DNA of 55,543 nt from a virus (IMGVR_UViG_3300042210_000075:1-55543); one strand, 5' to 3'; shown: positions 37,981 through 46,784, counted from the stretch's first letter. Notes: generated by a model from the sequence alone, not told the origin. A program made the numbers and translations.

Positions 37981-38157
37981 TTAAACGCTCTGCTTCGCTA
38001 CTTCTTGTACTGTACAGGTCTTGTCATCATAAACAACCATCTCAAACTCTTCACCATCTTGAATGGTTTGTTGCTGAAGCCCGTTTTCATCTGAATAAGA
38101 GATCTGCACTTCTTTGTCGTCTGCACAATGTGCAGATACTTTGACTGTTGTTGTCAT
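37981..38157 (-). CDS. 58-aa hypothetical protein (not in ORF track)
   Basis: AAGGA RBS; MTTTVKVSAHCADDKEV..IQDGEEFEMVVYDD. Confidence 0.65.
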   Translation of the reverse strand: MTTTVKVSAHCADDKEVQISYSDENGLQQQTIQDGEEFEMVVYDDKTCTVQEVAKQSV

Positions 38158-38183
38158 ACATTTTCCTTAATGGTGCGTTAAAC

Positions 38184-38268
38184 TGGCACCCCGTAGAGGA
38201 ATCGAACCTCTCACGTCCTTCCAACTTTTTACGTACTAGCTTAGAAGGCTAGTGTTGGCATACGGGGC
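38184..38268 (-). tRNA. Non-canonical tRNA-Arg(UCU)-like gene lacking the D-arm
   Basis: 7-bp acceptor stem, G discriminator, CCA; T-arm AGAGG-TTCGATT-CCTCT; anticodon arm ACTAGC-CTTCTAA-GCTAGT; only 8 nt where the D-arm should be. Confidence 0.75.
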
Positions 38269-38282
38269 ATAATCAAAATAAA

Positions 38283-38684
38283 CCTCGTCTTTCCGAGGCG
38301 TCAACGCATCTGGTTTATCAAGTCAGATACGACTGATGGTGACTAGCCACCAGCTCTGTTTGCGACTTTCCGCCTGTCATAACGGTCACCGATGAGGAGG
38401 ACACGGCCCGTTCCGATGCGATTTTACTGTCCTTCTACGTCCTAGTGGCTGGGTCTCATCACCACGTCGGCTTCAGCTTCCACCCGAGAATAGTGGCGCG
38501 GATTACGTCGTCATCTTCGATTTTCCGTCTTTATATGACTGCAACGTCATTGCCAAGAAACTTTGTAGAGCGGCTTCAGTACTATTTGAAAATTTCAAAA
38601 CTCATACGACATTAATTAAGAAATTGGTTGAAGCCACTCAACGAAGTTCCCTAGCTTAGCAATGGGCGACCTTAGACCGCCCTA
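38283..38684 (-). ncRNA. Candidate structured non-coding RNA
   Basis: No ORF >=60 aa; at least six hairpins, several with G-U pairs on the minus strand. Confidence 0.45.
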
Positions 38685-38691
38685 TGTGAAC

Positions 38692-39543
38692 CTATTGCGC
38701 TGTTGGAACCATCGACACTTCATTGATACGGTCTAATGGTATTTTGAATCCTGCAGCATGCTTATGACCGCCACCACCAAACAGGGCGGCAACTTCGGAG
38801 ACATCTACTCCGCCTTCTACTGAGCGCAAACTGTATTTACGGTTATCTTCGGTATCGTAGTAAGTCACAGAGAAAGGTTCGTTAGTCGCCAGCTTGTTAC
38901 CAACGTCAGAAGCAAACATATACGGACAATTCACAGCAGGTACGTCATAGCCAGCAATGATCTGACGATGAGTAAGGAACTCCACCAATCCATCTACGTT
39001 TTTGAGATGTGCGCGGTCTATCGCTACACCTTCTTTGTAGAGATCATCTAAGTGGGTAAACATGAGCTTATCCCAGACATCAAACTCCATTGGGTATGAG
39101 TAGAGAGCTGCTTGTATTTCTCGTGTACCTACAAGTTCAAACTTCCATAAGTCACGATCTTGAATATGTTCAATCAAGCGAGGCGGAGTCTCTTCACCGT
39201 GGAAATATTCCCACGTAAGCATTGCTCCAGATTTGGTCATATCGAACACGCCATTAATGGCACCGGATTTTAATAACGGCGCTAACTCAGCTTCTGCTGT
39301 TTTGTGGTGATCAATAACCGTGATGCTGTTAGCGACTTTTGCCATCTGTGCGATTACGTCACGCTTATAGCTAAAGTCGACAATAACGACATTCTTTCCC
39401 GCTACTTCAGGAGGTTCTGTCTGGTAGGTTGCTGCGACAAATTCAATGTCATAGGTATTCTTTAGAGCATGATGGACGCTCCAAGCTGCCCCCATGCCAT
39501 CGCAACAGTTAGCGTGATAAATACACATTAATTGATGTTTCAT
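38692..39543 (-). CDS. DHH/DHHA1-family phosphoesterase
   Basis: YHANCCDG, IVDFS, IDHHKT, DRDLW, GGGGHKHAAGF. Confidence 0.9.
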   Translation of the reverse strand: MKHQLMCIYHANCCDGMGAAWSVHHALKNTYDIEFVAATYQTEPPEVAGKNVVIVDFSYKRDVIAQMAKVANSITVIDHHKTAEAELAPLLKSGAINGVFDMTKSGAMLTWEYFHGEETPPRLIEHIQDRDLWKFELVGTREIQAALYSYPMEFDVWDKLMFTHLDDLYKEGVAIDRAHLKNVDGLVEFLTHRQIIAGYDVPAVNCPYMFASDVGNKLATNEPFSVTYYDTEDNRKYSLRSVEGGVDVSEVAALFGGGGHKHAAGFKIPLDRINEVSMVPTAQ

Positions 39544-39552
39544 TGAGACCTC

Positions 39553-39870
39553 TTAAGATTTATTTCGCTTTTCACCCGCAATTGTTATCTCGATGACAGC
39601 AATTGTTGGTTTGAGCTGATGTTTGCCGAAAGGAATGCGGTGCTGCTTTAACACCTCAAGAACGCTATCCACCAAGTTATCTGGCAGACCTTTACGCAAA
39701 TATTGACGCATCTGTTCTTCAGCCCTTTTCAAGCGGATGCAAAGCATCGTAAAAGCTTCATCCTGCTCTTTGCCTAAAGTTGACGCGTACAGTTTTACCG
39801 CTTGGCGGAAACCAAGCCCTGCGAGCTCTTGATACTTTTCAGGGTATTTCTGACTTGCTGTTAGTCGCAT
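39553..39870 (-). CDS. Hypothetical protein
   Basis: ATG 39870, 2 nt after the upstream stop. Confidence 0.55.
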   Translation of the reverse strand: MRLTASQKYPEKYQELAGLGFRQAVKLYASTLGKEQDEAFTMLCIRLKRAEEQMRQYLRKGLPDNLVDSVLEVLKQHRIPFGKHQLKPTIAVIEITIAGEKRNKS

Positions 39871-39872
39871 AC

Positions 39873-39986
39873 TCACGCTCGCTTTGAGCAATAGATGCTA
39901 AGGAATACAGAAGACACTTGCTGAAGTGTGCCTCCCCAGTGCTTAAGCCTTAACGCTTGAAGCTTGGTTTGTTGTGATTTGGTCAT
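39873..39986 (-). CDS. 37-aa small ORF (not in ORF track)
   Basis: AAGGA RBS within CACAAGG-AAAA-GACCA motif; MTKSQQTKLQALRLKHWGG.. Confidence 0.5.
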   Translation of the reverse strand: MTKSQQTKLQALRLKHWGGTLQQVSSVFLSIYCSKRA

Positions 39987-40022
39987 TGGTCTTTTCCTTG
40001 TGAATTGAAAGATGAAAATGAA

Positions 40023-40068
40023 TTCATCGAACGAGACAATAATAGTTCACAAAAGAGGAAAACATCAA
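40023..40068 (-). promoter_or_regulatory. Promoter with operator over the transcription start
   Basis: TTGATG-18-TATTAT followed by TGTCTCGTTCGATGAA. Confidence 0.55.
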
Positions 40069-40197
40069 CAATAAATTAGGTGATGAAAATCACACAAATT
40101 CCTAGTACTTTCTACCTATTACAAATAAAAAAAGAGAGCGAGACGCTCTCTTAGGATTGAATCAATTAAGTCAAATGAATAACCCAATAGATGAAAT

Positions 40198-41208
40198 TCA
40201 AGTGATAGCGCCCAAGTCCAACGCTTTCTTGATGGTCTGCTTTACGTAGTACAACTGGGAATCATGCTTTCTTTCCCAACCTGCAGGATCATCATGAAAC
40301 TTGCGATGCTCATCTGTTGTTAGTGGGAACGCGAATAAGTCATGGGCCTTAGCACCCATCTTACCTTCACCATGCAAAATCAAATGATGAGCGACAACAC
40401 CGTCAGTTTTGCCAGTAACCACACATGGCAACGACCGTACGAACTTCAGGTACTTTTCACTATGCCAGGTGAGCTCTTTAGGTCTGGCCATAAACATTGC
40501 TGGTGGTTCGTCATCAATAACTAAAGGGATAGCCTTAATGCGTTCTGGTAACACTGATGCCGCATCTAAGCTATACCTCACATCACTCTCACGACGAACA
40601 TTCAAGGTGTTGGCCTTTTCAATATGCTTAACACCGAACGCTTCATCTAAGACAGCTTGTGGAAGATGCTCACTAACACTATTAACAACACTCCACCAGC
40701 AAAGCTCAGGTATAGATACAGGGCGATCGATTCTAAGCTGATTCTTTACCCCATCTAATCCCCAAAGCATGACGTTTCGCTTCGCAATGCTTACGCCTTT
40801 TCTTACTTGATAGTCACGCTCTTCATTATCGTGGTGCCAACACAACCGCGCAGCACCTACTTCATATTCCAGTGTTGTCAGGTTCTTGTCGCAATACTCA
40901 CCATCTGACAGCTGGCAATGCGGGACTCTATCAAGCCAACGACTAAAACTACCCAATCTCTTCTGCACTTCATCATTAAGAAAGAAATCAAGCAGCCTTT
41001 CATCATCAACCAATGAGCGAGATGAACTATCCGGGACAACCGGACAGTTCACTTTACCACTGGGTGCATTAATCAGCTCTTCAGGAAGAGGCATAACAAC
41101 CAAGCGATTCCCCTGACTCATCTTGACCAATTCAGTTAGCAAGGTCTTACCCGGCTTAAACATCATTAAACCAAGATCAGGTTGAAGGAATGGCTTAAGT
41201 ATTAGCAT
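40198..41208 (-). CDS. DUF968-family phage protein
   Basis: LMMFKPG, RLCWHHD, ELCWW, KYLKFVRSLPCVVTG..HHLI..KAHDLF.FPL. Confidence 0.8.
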   Translation of the reverse strand: MLILKPFLQPDLGLMMFKPGKTLLTELVKMSQGNRLVVMPLPEELINAPSGKVNCPVVPDSSSRSLVDDERLLDFFLNDEVQKRLGSFSRWLDRVPHCQLSDGEYCDKNLTTLEYEVGAARLCWHHDNEERDYQVRKGVSIAKRNVMLWGLDGVKNQLRIDRPVSIPELCWWSVVNSVSEHLPQAVLDEAFGVKHIEKANTLNVRRESDVRYSLDAASVLPERIKAIPLVIDDEPPAMFMARPKELTWHSEKYLKFVRSLPCVVTGKTDGVVAHHLILHGEGKMGAKAHDLFAFPLTTDEHRKFHDDPAGWERKHDSQLYYVKQTIKKALDLGAIT

Positions 41209-41489
41209 TGATAAGTCACCGACAATCCCATATCGAGAGCATGCTCATGCTCCATACGCGCACCTTTCGATTGCTCCCAACCTTCCAACATGTATATTTC
41301 GTCAGATACGATCACCATTGGAATACAAATCTGCATGTATTCATGGTGCTCAAGTCCGTCAGGCAATACAGCTGGATTAAGTACCGTAAAACCTTCTTGC
41401 TCTAACTCTTGAGCTTTAGAGTGAAAAGCTGGCTTATTGAAATCAGGCAGCCCTGTCATTGGTCCTGCGATGTATATCTTTTTCTTCAA
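41202..41489 (-). CDS. DUF4406-family protein
   Basis: IYIAGPMTG, LNPA, YM, GWEQSKGARME. Confidence 0.85.
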   Translation of the reverse strand: MKKKIYIAGPMTGLPDFNKPAFHSKAQELEQEGFTVLNPAVLPDGLEHHEYMQICIPMVIVSDEIYMLEGWEQSKGARMEHEHALDMGLSVTYQC

Positions 41490-41501
41490 AGCTAATTCCT
41501 T

Positions 41502-41744
41502 TTAAATATCACCAGTGTTATTTGGTAACGTCATTGCCAAAATCGATTTACAAAAAGCATCTTCATCTTTGTGGAAATGACTAATAAATGGTGTGTAACG
41601 AAATGGCCTTCTCTGAATCTTGAACACCTCCAGTTTCTCCAACTCTTCCACCTGCTCTATTACCCATTTAAGGTACTGCTCATCGGCTAACAAATGCGGA
41701 GCGTTTCTTAAACGTTCGCTTAGCTTCCCTTGCCCTGATTTCAT
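41502..41744 (-). CDS. Hypothetical protein
   Basis: GGAGG RBS, ATGA overlap. Confidence 0.6.
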   Translation of the reverse strand: MKSGQGKLSERLRNAPHLLADEQYLKWVIEQVEELEKLEVFKIQRRPFRYTPFISHFHKDEDAFCKSILAMTLPNNTGDI

Positions 41745-42094
41745 TGACCACCTCCCATTAAACTAAAAGCGGCTCTGAACAGCTCTTGGCTCTCTTCATC
41801 ACTTTTGTTCTTTACGATTGGTTTAGGGTTCACCTTCACCAGCTGATAGCTGCCGCCTCTTACTAAAGGCGCTTTAAACTCAAACCCAAAGTTATTAGCC
41901 AAGCTCTTTGTTAGGTTTGAAACCCTTTGTCTAGCTATTGGCTTTAGTTCGTTATTGCTATTCACAAACTCAGCGATCATTCCGTAATCAAATGACTCTC
42001 GATGTTCATAAATAAATTTGGCAACAGCTTTTAGACGTGCGTCGCCGATGAGCTTCAGGTTGTCTTCTAGGTGTACGAAGTTGTTGTCTGTCAT
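41741..42094 (-). CDS. Hypothetical protein
   Basis: ATGA overlaps at both ends. Confidence 0.6.
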   Translation of the reverse strand: MTDNNFVHLEDNLKLIGDARLKAVAKFIYEHRESFDYGMIAEFVNSNNELKPIARQRVSNLTKSLANNFGFEFKAPLVRGGSYQLVKVNPKPIVKNKSDEESQELFRAAFSLMGGGQ

Positions 42095-42912
42095 AGTCCA
42101 GCACCCATCATTTCAAAGCGGTGTTTTTGTTGACGGTATGCGAACGTCATCATGCTTGTTTCTTCGGAGCGACCAGTCTTATCCATAAAAGCTTGAATGC
42201 CTTCTTTGTTGAACAGCTCGACCTCCGCAGGTGTCATGTAATGACCAAACCGCTTTTCGCAATTGAGTAAAGGTTTCACTCTCTCATCTTGTGTCACATC
42301 TACATGTTGAGTTGATGGGACATGCCAAGCCACACATCGAACAGTACTTAGAGGGATGTTAAGAGCATTGGAAATATGTTCAGGCATGTAACCTTGATCG
42401 TGAAGCGCAGATATAACAGCTCGGTCATAGGCTGATACTTTTGAACGATGATGATCTGAAGCTAGCTTTTTAAATGACAGTCCATTTCTCTTACAGACTT
42501 TGCATAGAGTCGCAACACTATAACCAAGCTCTTGAGCCGCGAGCTTCACGGTCACTTTTCTCTCAATCATCTGCTTTATTTGAAAGACTAGTGCCTCTTC
42601 ATTTTCGATATGCTGATAGCGATTTAACGATAGTTTTTTACGTCTTGATGTAACTGAACCATGAGTAGTGTTCATTTCGCTTGCTATGGCGACGTCGGAC
42701 AGACCAGAGTTAAATAGTGATCTCAGTTGATCGTCTTCCCATGAGAACCACAACATATTCCCCTTATATAGCTGCCCCATCATAGAAGAAATGTATTCAA
42801 CACAAACTTGTTCATGCTTTCCTTCAAAAATCATAAGCGCCAATAGCTTTTCTTTATCTTCAGTCGTATTGACGAGTTCTTTTATTTTTTCGGATTGGTA
42901 TCTATTGGTCAT
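42091..42912 (-). CDS. Multi-HTH DNA-binding protein
   Basis: Three HTH-like segments (GLSDVAIASEM, AAQELGYSVATL, ISNALNIPLSTV). Confidence 0.65.
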   Translation of the reverse strand: MTNRYQSEKIKELVNTTEDKEKLLALMIFEGKHEQVCVEYISSMMGQLYKGNMLWFSWEDDQLRSLFNSGLSDVAIASEMNTTHGSVTSRRKKLSLNRYQHIENEEALVFQIKQMIERKVTVKLAAQELGYSVATLCKVCKRNGLSFKKLASDHHRSKVSAYDRAVISALHDQGYMPEHISNALNIPLSTVRCVAWHVPSTQHVDVTQDERVKPLLNCEKRFGHYMTPAEVELFNKEGIQAFMDKTGRSEETSMMTFAYRQQKHRFEMMGAGL

Positions 42913-42961
42913 TTGGTCATACCTTGTTTCTTAATGCGGGTGCGAGACCCGCATGTTTGAA

Positions 42962-43963
42962 TTACTTACTGCGTACTTGTCGAGTTAGCTGATCGCGAAG
43001 ATTAGGCGGAGTGCCTTTGATGGTTAGCGTGTCAGTCTCTACGTCATAGAAAACTCGCTCACCAAGCAGCAAGGTATCGAAGCTGATGTTTAACCCGCCA
43101 CCAGCTCCAACATATTTGGTAAGTTTTCGAACCGTCGGGCGATCACCTGGGAAGGTATCTTCTAGCTCATACCCATTTTCATTGGTGTAATCGATGAAGC
43201 TCTTGCCTTCAGCATTTGGTGGTAGCTCTGAAGACAGTTCTTTAACATCAACTTCTTCACCGTGATTAATCTGATCGTTGCAGTAGTCAGCAACTTGCTT
43301 TTTCACAGGTAGTGATTCGCTCTTATCAGAACCACTTAAGAAATCTTCGATCGCTTGCATGAGGACAATGTTCTGCTCTTTGGCATTAAGCCCAACTTCA
43401 GCATCAAGAAAGTCCAAGAAGAAATCAGAAACTTTTCGACCAACACGGCCTTTTACGAAAGAAATGTAGCGGTTTGATTCGTGGTGAGTTTCCAAGGCAG
43501 TGAGATCAACCACCGCCATCAGTTCGACTTTCACTGTATCGAGGTACGCCGTAGCACTTAGATTCAGGTCATCAAGTACGCGCATGCCGTTGTTTGATGG
43601 AATTAGGCCGACCATGAGGTAATCAGTTGCCAAAGATTGGTACTTCGCAAAAACTAAAGTCCCTGTATCAGCAAAGGGATATTTACTTAATTCACCGCGC
43701 AGCTTTTCAGAGCACTTCTTAGAAAGCACCATAAAATCGACAGTGTTGTTTAGGTAAGTACCAATGAGCGTTTTAACGTCGCTATCAGTTCGGAACGTAG
43801 CAAACCCTTTCTTCTTGTTCGTGAAGTTACGATGCAATTCTTGAATAAGCGTTTCGTGGTAAGCATCGGCTTGATGCGCTTCTGCAGAGAATCGAACAAC
43901 CAATTCGTCTTGTTCGTTTTTGTCCAGTTGGTGCAGTGCTACTGCGTGTAATGAAATACTCAT
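42962..43963 (-). CDS. yejK: Nucleoid-associated protein YejK/NdpA homologue
   Basis: LHQLDK, KYPFAD.G, SNRYISFVKGRVGRKVSDFFLDFL, GGGLNISFD..LLGER.FYD..TDTLTIKGTPPNLRDQL. Confidence 0.9.
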   Translation of the reverse strand: MSISLHAVALHQLDKNEQDELVVRFSAEAHQADAYHETLIQELHRNFTNKKKGFATFRTDSDVKTLIGTYLNNTVDFMVLSKKCSEKLRGELSKYPFADTGTLVFAKYQSLATDYLMVGLIPSNNGMRVLDDLNLSATAYLDTVKVELMAVVDLTALETHHESNRYISFVKGRVGRKVSDFFLDFLDAEVGLNAKEQNIVLMQAIEDFLSGSDKSESLPVKKQVADYCNDQINHGEEVDVKELSSELPPNAEGKSFIDYTNENGYELEDTFPGDRPTVRKLTKYVGAGGGLNISFDTLLLGERVFYDVETDTLTIKGTPPNLRDQLTRQVRSK

Positions 43964-43990
43964 GTATTTTCCTTTTGGTCTTGGTTATGG

Positions 43991-44683
43991 TCATTTACCT
44001 TGTGAGAGCTTCTTCAGACTCTCTATCCTTTCGGATAACTTGTGCGTTTTACCGCTTCTTGAATATTCCTCCCTTGCTTTGTCTGTTACAGCTATCGATG
44101 TGTGCCTAGGTAGCGCTCTTAGCTCTTCTTCAGCCAGTATCAAGTTGCCGCGCTTTTCCAATTCATCCGCTTGGCGTAGATACTTGGTGTATATATCCAA
44201 CTCAGTGCCAGCGCTCGCTCGCCTTAAGTTCCAATCCGCATTGCTGATAACCCATTTTTCAGCTCTTCCTTGAGGCGTATTACTGAGAAACCTTGAGTAA
44301 GCCTCTTCGACTTCTGTTTTTGTTCTCTGGTCTACAGCGGTAATGAACTCACCAAGTACCGGAGGAAAAACGACGCCATTGGATAACCGGCTATGGCAGA
44401 TCACGAACATTCGGTTTATCTGTAATTCACCTAGCCCGTTTAAGAATCGAATCCACTCTTCACTAGGCTCAGCTCCGTGAATACTCACCCACAACTTCCC
44501 GTACAAACTCACCATCATCTTCCAGCTGTGAAGACTCGTGGAGGTAAGAACGTTGGATTGCGGTAAGTGACTCTTTAACCGCTGGGGCATCGTTTGGTTT
44601 AATTCGGTAGTGCTCTGGGAATTTCGACTGATCGGCAAACTCTCCGTAAGCTTGGTTATGTTGGTTGGCTGGCCCATATCCAT
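43991..44683 (-). CDS. Replication P-like / helicase-loader-position protein (true start may be ~44518)
   Basis: W.MM.SLYGKLW.S.HG..PSEEW..FPPVLGEF; follows initiator. Confidence 0.6.
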   Translation of the reverse strand: MDMGQPTNITKLTESLPISRNSQSTTELNQTMPQRLKSHLPQSNVLTSTSLHSWKMMVSLYGKLWVSIHGAEPSEEWIRFLNGLGELQINRMFVICHSRLSNGVVFPPVLGEFITAVDQRTKTEVEEAYSRFLSNTPQGRAEKWVISNADWNLRRASAGTELDIYTKYLRQADELEKRGNLILAEEELRALPRHTSIAVTDKAREEYSRSGKTHKLSERIESLKKLSQGK

Positions 44684-45395
44684 GTGCTCCTGACTGATTC
44701 ATCTTTGCATCAAGTTGAGCGAACTTTTCTCGTAGCTTGGTAGGGCTAAGAATGTTCGCTTTCCAGAAACTGTCTTCGTTGGCAAATTTGAAAACAGTAG
44801 CGATCACCTTGTGAGTGAGCTTGTCGCGCTCTCGCATTAAGCGGATGACATCAGCCCAATCATTCAAATTAGCTTTTGCATGAGGAGTAACTTCCTGAAC
44901 TTTTTCGAACATCCATTTCGCTAGCTTCAAATCGTCACTAGAAAATTTTTGATCTTTTTCAGACAAGGAGTATTTAACTTCAGTAGTTACTTTAAGATCA
45001 GTAGTTACTTGTGTCGGCTTAGCCGGATCTGGCTTAGCCGTATTACGGCTTTCACGGATTAGGGTATCCTCTTCCGGCTTTTCCGTAATAGGGTAATCCT
45101 GAACGATGTAGATTGTTGACCCATCACCCTGCTTAACTCGCTCGCAAAACTTAGCTTTGATCAACTCGTTCAAAATGCCATAGACACCATCGCGGCCAGT
45201 TCGCTTCTCAGTTCCTTGGGTTACTTTCATCAAGTGAGAGGCCGAAACTTCCCAGTTATCAGGCTTGCTTAAGAGATAACTGAGCATGCCCATAGCCTGA
45301 AAGCTAAGAACGTTATCCCTAAAAACGTCATTCGAGATTCTTGTGAAATTGTCGACTTTTCGCTTGCGGCGGATCGTCGTTGTGGAGCTGCTCAT
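44469..45395 (-). CDS. Replication initiator (O-like)
   Basis: NFTRISN..LSFQAMGMLSYLLSKPDNW N-terminus; DSFWKANILSPTKLREKF C-terminus; internal iterons. Confidence 0.85.
   Translation of the reverse strand: MSSSTTTIRRKRKVDNFTRISNDVFRDNVLSFQAMGMLSYLLSKPDNWEVSASHLMKVTQGTEKRTGRDGVYGILNELIKAKFCERVKQGDGSTIYIVQDYPITEKPEEDTLIRESRNTAKPDPAKPTQVTTDLKVTTEVKYSLSEKDQKFSSDDLKLAKWMFEKVQEVTPHAKANLNDWADVIRLMRERDKLTHKVIATVFKFANEDSFWKANILSPTKLREKFAQLDAKMNQSGAHGYGPANQHNQAYGEFADQSKFPEHYRIKPNDAPAVKESLTAIQRSYLHESSQLEDDGEFVREVVGEYSRS
44980..45100. repeat. Iteron cluster / putative origin inside initiator gene
   Basis: YGGCTT-N3-CG at 45015, 45030, 45046, 45075; TAGGGTA x2; CAGTAGTTACTT x2. Confidence 0.6.
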
Positions 45396-45437
45396 ACCTG
45401 CCCCCTGATTATCGACCAATACCTAGCCACAGGCTTG

Positions 45438-45530
45438 TTGACTAACACGGTGTAATGCATATAATTTCTCTTGTTATTTGGTGCTTAAGCACCGGCTTCT
45501 AAGAAACCGCCCGCTACGGCGGTTTTTTTT
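45438..45530 (+). ncRNA. oop-like small antisense transcription unit
   Basis: TTGACT-16-TATAAT (45438-45465), GGTGC-TTAA-GCACC hairpin, terminator 45504-45530. Confidence 0.55.
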
Positions 45531-45834
45531 ATTTCTGCTAGATCAATGCCTTTCTTTTAAAAAATTCACTGCCAAACATGGCCTTCTGAAGTGCATCAAT
45601 GCATTTAGGGTGTGGCGGTGCTCTGCGAAGCCTGCCGATGGCTATAGGTCGCCGGTAGGTGACAAACTTCCCGCCACACCTAAAAACACTGAAATTGATT
45701 AATTTATTGGGTTACTAGAGTTCAGAGCGAAGTAACAACCAACAGAATAATATCTTTGATCGTTACATTTAATGTGTCAACAATGGAATTTATTGATTTG
45801 TGATTTAGCTTAATCGAGATTCACTTCAAGAATA

Positions 45835-45850
45835 CTGTATAAAAACACAG
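45835..45850. promoter_or_regulatory. LexA (SOS) box
   Basis: CTGT-ATAAAAAC-ACAG, perfect CTGT-N8-ACAG. Confidence 0.8.
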
Positions 45851-45886
45851 TTTGTTGCAGAGTTAGAATTGTTCGATAATTATTTT

Positions 45887-45902
45887 TGCAACGTATGAGA
45901 CA
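45887..45902. promoter_or_regulatory. Putative repressor operator upstream of cI
   Basis: TGCAACGTATGAGACA, 12/16 match to palindrome TGTCTCGTACGAGACA. Confidence 0.55.
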
Positions 45903-45948
45903 TATTAAATAATTCCACGTTGGACAAATAATAATAAAACGAGGTTAT

Positions 45949-46662
45949 ATGACTGACCAAAAGAAAGGACCAGGTAGACCGGGGAGAACAGTCTCACCTA
46001 AAGACTACTCTGTGATCGCGACAAACATAGACCGACGCATGCAGGATCTCGGGATAAAGACCAAAGTACAACTCGCCGCAATAAGCGGGGTGTCAAGAAC
46101 GGTAATCACGAACATATTCATCATGCCAAACAAAGGTGTGATGGCAGAGTCAGCCGTTAACCTTGCCAAAGCTTTAGAGTGCAGGGTTGAATGGCTTATT
46201 TCTGGAGAAGGCCCTGTGACTGAAGATGATATATTTGGAGCTCCAATTCTTACCTTTGAAGTATTGGAATCCCTTTCATCACAACAGATAACAGCGGTTA
46301 TAGAAAGCGCAAGGCAAGACCCAACAGTAAAGAAAGCGCCATGCCCTACAGGCTACGGGAATATGAATTTTGCTGTAGCACTAGACTCAAACATTAACTT
46401 TGAAGCTAGTAAAAAGTACAGAAAGTACGAACAGGGTGGTATTGCTTTTTTTGAGAGCCAGAAGAAACCACGCTCCGGAGAACTTGTTCTTGCTCTACCT
46501 TTAGAATCAGGCACGCCAGCAGTAATGGAATATTCCAGTGCTCATAGTAAAGCCTACCTAAGCGTACTAAACGACAATTTTACTGAGTCTATTCGAACTG
46601 TTGAGCTAGCAGGACAAATGGAAATTTTAGGAACATTCATAGGCTACTCTTACACAGCATAA
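45949..46662 (+). CDS. CI-like XRE repressor with degenerate S24-like C-terminal domain
   Basis: QLAAISGVSRTVIT..LAKALECRVEWLISGEG HTH; divergent from replication operon. Confidence 0.8.
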   Translation: MTDQKKGPGRPGRTVSPKDYSVIATNIDRRMQDLGIKTKVQLAAISGVSRTVITNIFIMPNKGVMAESAVNLAKALECRVEWLISGEGPVTEDDIFGAPILTFEVLESLSSQQITAVIESARQDPTVKKAPCPTGYGNMNFAVALDSNINFEASKKYRKYEQGGIAFFESQKKPRSGELVLALPLESGTPAVMEYSSAHSKAYLSVLNDNFTESIRTVELAGQMEILGTFIGYSYTA

Positions 46663-46784
46663 CCCGCCTCAAAATACCCTTTCGATAAATCCGCAGACAT
46701 GTTCATTGCATTCTGCGGATTTTTATTTTAGTGACAAAAGTCACGAAAGCTCAAAAACCGATCAAATTTTATTTAAGTCTAGCC

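Noticed and set aside
37851-38144. 97-aa plus-strand ORF
   Set aside because: Antisense to a 58-aa minus ORF with a good RBS in a minus-strand operon
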